In this document: positions 1 to 5,234 of the stretch, in pieces
How the letters are laid out: each line of letters opens with the position of its first letter
Position numbering within the stretch: position 1 is the first letter of the stretch
The notes under the pieces: model-generated
What the model saw: only the letters and a program-made list of their open reading frames with translations
Database searches by the model: none
Told to the model about the DNA's origin: nothing
Translations under genes and position numbers: made by a program
Origin: a virus
Lineage: Duplodnaviria; Heunggongvirae; Uroviricota; Caudoviricetes
Strand: one strand, 5' to 3'
DNA length: 5,234 nucleotides
Virus record (IMG/VR): IMGVR_UViG_2609459856_000006
Span: 1 to 5,234 of that record

Positions 1-1258
<1,258 letters not shown>

Positions 1259-1757
1259 GAAAGCGCCGGACGGGACTGCATGGACACCACGCAGACGCCG
1301 CGTAACCCGGATACAGGAGCGCATTCGCTTTATCTGGAATAACGAAGCACGCACGCTGAAAAACTGGCATCACGACACGGGGAAATACGGGCGAACCATC
1401 ACCGGGTGGGATGAGGATAAAAACAGCATCCGCACGTTTTACCGGGATGACATCGACCGCTTTCTGGAAATACGCACCCGGCGCATCAACCAGGACAGCA
1501 CAAAGCGCGTCCCCATGTTCGTAAAACTGCGCACCGCCCGCTACCTGAAAGCCCGTGCAGATGCTTCCGGTGTGACGGTGGGTTACAGCGGCGTGGCCGC
1601 ACGTATTGCACGCGTTCATCAGTTCGGTGAGCGCGATCAGGTTGCGCCGGGCATTTTCACCGATTACCCGGTACGTGAGCTGCTGGGTATCAGCCAGGCA
1701 GATGAGCGCCTGATTTATAACACGGTGCTGGGCCGGATTGCGGAGGCTGTACGGTGA
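1259..1757 (+). pseudogene. S: 3' remnant of a phage tail-completion / virion-morphogenesis gene (P2 gpS-like), 5' end removed by the IS insertion
   Basis: Frame is open from the IS boundary to TGA at 1755-1757, with no ATG/GTG/TTG before ATG 1515 and no SD before that ATG. It sits directly upstream of V, as S does in P2. C-terminal ...ARIARVHQFGERDQVAPG... includes an HQFG motif I recall from this family. Family assignment is from memory, not a search. Confidence 0.55.
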
Positions 1758-2335
1758 GCGCAGAACTCATGCGACTGCTGAGCAACATCATCCGTACCGG
1801 GATCATCTCTGAAGTTGATGAGGAATCCTGGTGCGTGCGCGTTCGCAGCGGCGAACTGGAAACAGGCTGGCTGCGCTGGAACACCACGCGCGCGGGAGCC
1901 TTCAATGTGTGGCTGCCGCCATCACCAGGCGAACAGGTGGTAATTGCCTGCATTGGCGGCAACCCGGAAACCGCCATGATAATTGGCAGCCTGTGGAGTG
2001 ATGCCAGTCCGGCCCCCGGCAAAAGCCTGAAAGAAATCGTGGTCAGCGCGCCGGATGGCGCGGTGTTCCGCTACGACGCGGCCGCAGGCGCACTGAGCGC
2101 CAGCGGCATGAAAACAGCCACCCTGCAGGCATCCGTCAGCGTGACACTGGATACGCCCGTCGTGGAATGCACAGACCTTCTGAGAACGGCGACGCTTGAC
2201 GTCACAAAAGGGGGAAAGATGAGCGGCAATATCACGCACAGCGGCGGCAATTTCACCTCAAACGGCATCACAGTGCATACGCATAAACACGGTGGCGTTA
2301 AAGGCGGCAGCGATTCGACAGGAGGCCCGCAGTGA
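1754..2335 (+). CDS. V: Baseplate central spike / baseplate assembly protein V (P2 gpV-like)
   Basis: 193 aa. GTG start at 1754 with GGAGG (1742-1746) 7 nt upstream, overlapping the upstream stop (GTGA). Translation has gpV hallmarks: ...NIIRTGIISEVD...WLRW.TTRAG...GEQV..., APDGAV, VTLDTP, LDVTKGGKMSGNITHSGG and a C-terminal HTHKHGG tip motif. Confidence 0.9.
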   Translation: MSAELMRLLSNIIRTGIISEVDEESWCVRVRSGELETGWLRWNTTRAGAFNVWLPPSPGEQVVIACIGGNPETAMIIGSLWSDASPAPGKSLKEIVVSAPDGAVFRYDAAAGALSASGMKTATLQASVSVTLDTPVVECTDLLRTATLDVTKGGKMSGNITHSGGNFTSNGITVHTHKHGGVKGGSDSTGGPQ

Positions 2336-2682
2336 CAACCCGCTACACAGGAATGAACCCGGACGGAACGGGAAACCTGAACGATATGGAGCACCTGAAA
2401 CAGTCAGTCAGGGACATCCTGACCACCCCGCTGGCAAGCCGGGTTATGCGACGGGAATATGGCAGCCTTGTGCCTGATTTGATTGACGAACCCATGAATA
2501 ACACCACGCGTCTGCAATGCATGAGTGCTGCCGTGATTGCGCTGACACGATGGGAACCCCGCATTGCCCTGGATGCCATCGACGTTGTCTGGAAGGCAGG
2601 AGGCCGCGCCGGGGTGACGCTGTCGGGCACTGTCATGCAGACCATGCAGAATGTTGAATTAACCATCACGCTGAGGGAGTAA
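2332..2682 (+). CDS. W: Baseplate assembly protein W (P2 gpW / T4 gp25-like)
   Basis: 116 aa. GTG start at 2332 overlaps the V stop (GTGA); GGAGG at 2321-2325. Translation MTTRYTGMNPDG...SVRDILTTPLASRVMRREYGSL...WEPRI... closely parallels P2 gpW (MTARYLGMN...RVMRRDYGSL...WEPR). Confidence 0.9.
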   Translation: MTTRYTGMNPDGTGNLNDMEHLKQSVRDILTTPLASRVMRREYGSLVPDLIDEPMNNTTRLQCMSAAVIALTRWEPRIALDAIDVVWKAGGRAGVTLSGTVMQTMQNVELTITLRE

Positions 2683-2685
2683 ATC

Positions 2686-3582
2686 ATGCCTGCCGTTGAC
2701 CTTTCACAGTTACCGGAACCCGCCATCATCGCGGAGCCTGACTTTGAGGCAATTCTGGCTGACACAAAGGCCATGATGATTGCGTCCTATCCCGCCGAAC
2801 AGCGTGAAGCCGTTTCCGCCGCGCTGGAGCTGGAATCGGAACCCCTTAACGTTATCGCTCAAACCATGTCGTTTCGTGAAATGCTGTTACGCCAGCGGGT
2901 CAATGAGGGTGCACGCGCCTGCATGCTAAGCCACAGCGCCGGGACAGACCTGGACAACCTCGCGGGCAATATGAACACAAAGCGCCTGGTTATCACTCCG
3001 GCAACGGATACCACCGACGCAGTGATGGAAAGTGACACCTCGCTGAGACTACGGGCGCAACGGGCATATGACGGTCTGAGTGTTGCTGGCCCGTCAGGTG
3101 CATACGAGTATTTTGCCCGCAGCGCCAGCGGTCTGGTGCGTGATGCGCGGGCTATCAGTCCGTCTCCGGCAAATGTGACGGTTTCCATCCTGTCCACTGA
3201 GGGCGACGGCACAGCAACGGAGGCGTTGCTTAATACCGTTCGCGCCGTTCTGAATGCAGAGGATACCCGCCCGGTGGCCGACCGCCTGACCGTACAGAGT
3301 GCCAGAATCGTGACATGGCGGCTGAATGCAAAACTGTACTTTTACCCCGGCCCGGAATCCGAACCTATTCTGGCCGCGGCGGAATCGTCGTTCAGGAAGT
3401 GGCTGTCTGAGCAGGGGCTTATCGGTCAGGACGTGGCGTTGTCCGCTATTGCTGCCGCACTGCATGTGCACGGTGTGCAACGCGTGGAGATAATCGAACC
3501 CACACAAAATATGGCCATCAGCGACATACAGGCGGCGCGCTGTGAGTCATTCACCATCAGCGAAGGTGGGCGTAATGAGTAA
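2686..3582 (+). CDS. J: Baseplate assembly protein J (P2 gpJ-like baseplate wedge)
   Basis: 298 aa (P2 gpJ is about 300 aa). ATG at 2686 with GGGAG at 2675-2679. Position between W and I matches the P2 order. Confidence 0.88.
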   Translation: MPAVDLSQLPEPAIIAEPDFEAILADTKAMMIASYPAEQREAVSAALELESEPLNVIAQTMSFREMLLRQRVNEGARACMLSHSAGTDLDNLAGNMNTKRLVITPATDTTDAVMESDTSLRLRAQRAYDGLSVAGPSGAYEYFARSASGLVRDARAISPSPANVTVSILSTEGDGTATEALLNTVRAVLNAEDTRPVADRLTVQSARIVTWRLNAKLYFYPGPESEPILAAAESSFRKWLSEQGLIGQDVALSAIAAALHVHGVQRVEIIEPTQNMAISDIQAARCESFTISEGGRNE

Positions 3583-4183
3583 TTCACTGTTACCGCCATC
3601 AGCCAGCAATTTCATGCGTTGTGCCGAAGCCGTCGGAACGCGCATTACAGACATTCCGGTAGACCTCAACACGCTGTGGTCGCCGGACACCTGCCCGGTG
3701 CATCTGCTGCCTTATCTCGCCTGGGCATTTTCCGTTGACCGCTGGGATCGCAACTGGCCGGAAGAGACAAAGCGACAGGTGATTCGTGATGCATGGCTGA
3801 TACACCGACACAAAGGGACCATCAGCGCACTGCGAAGAGCCGTGGAGCCTCTCGGCTACCTGATTGAAGTAAAGGAGTGGTGGCAACTCAACGAGGAGCC
3901 AGGAACATTTCGCATTGTTGTCGGAGTACTTGATCAGGGCATCACCGATGAAATGTATCAGGAACTTGAGCGCCTTATTGCGGATGCAAAACCAGTAAGT
4001 CGCCATCTGACGGGGCTGGCGATCAGCCTGAGTGTGAACGGAAAGATTTTCGTTGGTACGGGATGCTATCACGGCGATGCCCTGACGGTTTATCCCTACA
4101 CCCCGGAGTCCATTATTGTCGAAGGGGATTATTTCCCTGCCCCGGCCATTCATTTAATTGATAATCTGAGAGTAAACGCATGA
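3575..4183 (+). CDS. I: Tail/baseplate protein I (P2 gpI-like)
   Basis: Start chosen at ATG 3575 (AAGGTGGG at 3563-3570), overlapping the J stop by 8 nt; the track's ATG at 3542 lies deeper inside J. Translation ...WSPDTCPVHLLPYLAWAFSVDRWDRNWPEETKRQVIRDAWLIHRHKGTISALRRAVEPLGYLIEVKEWW...GTFRI..GVLDQGITDEMYQELERLIADAKPVSRHL is very close to P2 gpI as I recall it. Confidence 0.88.
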   Translation: MSNSLLPPSASNFMRCAEAVGTRITDIPVDLNTLWSPDTCPVHLLPYLAWAFSVDRWDRNWPEETKRQVIRDAWLIHRHKGTISALRRAVEPLGYLIEVKEWWQLNEEPGTFRIVVGVLDQGITDEMYQELERLIADAKPVSRHLTGLAISLSVNGKIFVGTGCYHGDALTVYPYTPESIIVEGDYFPAPAIHLIDNLRVNA

Positions 4184-5234
4184 CAGTGAAATACTACGCC
4201 ATTCTGACTAATCAGGGCGCGGCACGACTGGCTAACGCGACGATGCTCGGCAGTAAGCTGAATCTGACGCAAATGGCCGTTGGTGATGCAAATGGTGTGT
4301 TACCAACACCAGACCCTGCACAAACAAAACTGATTAACCAGAAACGCATTGCACCGCTGAATCTTCTGAGTGTTGACCCTAACAATCAGAGCCAGATTAT
4401 TGCGGAGCAAATCATCCCTGAAAACGAGGGAGGATTCTGGATCCGTGAGATTGGTCTTTATGATGATGAAGGTGTACTCATTGCGGTGGCAAACTGCCCG
4501 GAAACGTACAAACCGCAGTTGCAGGAAGGCAGTGGACGCACCCAGACTATCCGCATGATTCTGGTTGTCACGAACACCGAAGCCATCACGCTGAAAATCG
4601 ACCCGTCGGTGGTACTGGCGACCCGTAAATACGTGGATGATAAGGTCCTGGAATTAAAGCTGTATGTGGATGACCAGATGAGAAACCACATTGCCGCACA
4701 GGATCCTCATACCCAGTATGCACAGAAACATAATCCGACATTTACCGGAGAACCAAAAGCGCCGACGCCTGCCGCAGGAAATAACACCACGCGGATTGCG
4801 ACTACTGCGTTTGTTCAGGCCGCTATTACCGCTCTGATTAACGGTGCGCCAGCCACGCTGGACACACTGAAAGAAATTGCCGCAGCCATTAACAATGACC
4901 CGAAATTCAGCACCACCATTAACAATGCGCTGGCACTGAAAGCGCCGCTGTCGAGTCCCGCACTTACCGGAACGCCAACAGCACCTACTGCGGCACAGTC
5001 GGTCAACAATACACAGATTGCCACCACGGCTTTTGTGAAATCAGCAATTGCGACAATGGTGGGTTCTGCACCTGCGGCACTGGATACACTGAACGAACTG
5101 GCGGCGGCGCTGGGGAATGACCCGAACTTTGCCACGACAATGCTTAATGCACTGGCAGGTAAACAACCGCTGGACAATACGTTGACTAATTTGAGTGGAA
5201 AGGATGTCGCTGGTCTTCTCGCATACCTTGGTTT
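4180..5234 (+). CDS. H: Tail fibre protein (P2 gpH-like), 3'-partial; continues beyond the window
   Basis: ATG at 4180 overlaps the I stop (ATGA). Frame is open to the end of the window, so it is absent from the ORF track. N-terminus MTVKYYAILTNQGAARLANAT...MAVGDANG...GGFWIREIGLYDDEGVLIAVAN.PETYKP.LQEGSGRTQTIRMILVV parallels the conserved N-terminal domain of P2 gpH and related side tail fibres. Confidence 0.85.
   Translation, partial: MTVKYYAILTNQGAARLANATMLGSKLNLTQMAVGDANGVLPTPDPAQTKLINQKRIAPLNLLSVDPNNQSQIIAEQIIPENEGGFWIREIGLYDDEGVLIAVANCPETYKPQLQEGSGRTQTIRMILVVTNTEAITLKIDPSVVLATRKYVDDKVLELKLYVDDQMRNHIAAQDPHTQYAQKHNPTFTGEPKAPTPAAGNNTTRIATTAFVQAAITALINGAPATLDTLKEIAAAINNDPKFSTTINNALALKAPLSSPALTGTPTAPTAAQSVNNTQIATTAFVKSAIATMVGSAPAALDTLNELAAALGNDPNFATTMLNALAGKQPLDNTLTNLSGKDVAGLLAYLG
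4780..5229 (+). repeat. Intragenic tandem repeat in the tail-fibre gene, two copies of ~75 codons (~225 bp)
   Basis: Copy 1 starts NNTTRIATTAFVQAAITALINGAPATLDTLKEIAAAINNDPKFSTTINNALALKAPL (from 4780). Copy 2 starts NNTQIATTAFVKSAIATMVGSAPAALDTLNELAAALGNDPNFATTMLNALAGKQPL (from 5005). Same frame, diverged at DNA level. Confidence 0.8.

Noticed and set aside
1754-2335. A T6SS VgrG-like spike instead of phage gpV
   Set aside because: The protein is small (193 aa) and is followed by W-J-I and a tail-fibre gene in P2 order. T6SS loci lack gpI and fibre genes.
3542-3574. ATG at 3542 as the gpI start
   Set aside because: It lies 41 nt inside J without an SD. The ATG at 3575 has an SD, gives the typical short overlap with J, and yields an N-terminus resembling P2 gpI.
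1259-5234. A novel defence or other accessory system embedded in the prophage
   Set aside because: Coding density is nearly 100% with canonical P2 tail genes in canonical order. There is no unexplained intergenic space or orphan forward-strand ORF. Known P2 defence hotspots are not in this part of the genome.

Overview
The window holds two things: a complete IS3-family insertion sequence (1-1258) and, immediately downstream on the same strand, the baseplate/tail-fibre module of a P2-like (Peduovirus-type) myovirus prophage. The IS has imperfect terminal inverted repeats (5'-TGTAGTGG...CCACTACA-3'), an OrfA with a leucine zipper, an A_AAA_AAG -1 frameshift heptamer and a DDE OrfB. It has inserted into the phage gene upstream of V, which I call a gpS-like tail-completion gene, leaving only a 3' remnant (1259-1757). 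Downstream the tightly packed V-W-J-I-H genes appear intact, with start/stop overlaps (GTGA, ATGA); the tail-fibre gene H runs off the window end and carries ~75-codon tandem repeats. All calls rest on reading the translations and on recalled family features; no database search was possible. I see no evidence of a novel defence or other undescribed system here: the coding density leaves no unexplained space, and the long antisense ORFs look like shadows of the phage genes. The most notable biology is the IS-disrupted tail operon, which may mark a defective prophage or an IS-modified tail cluster.
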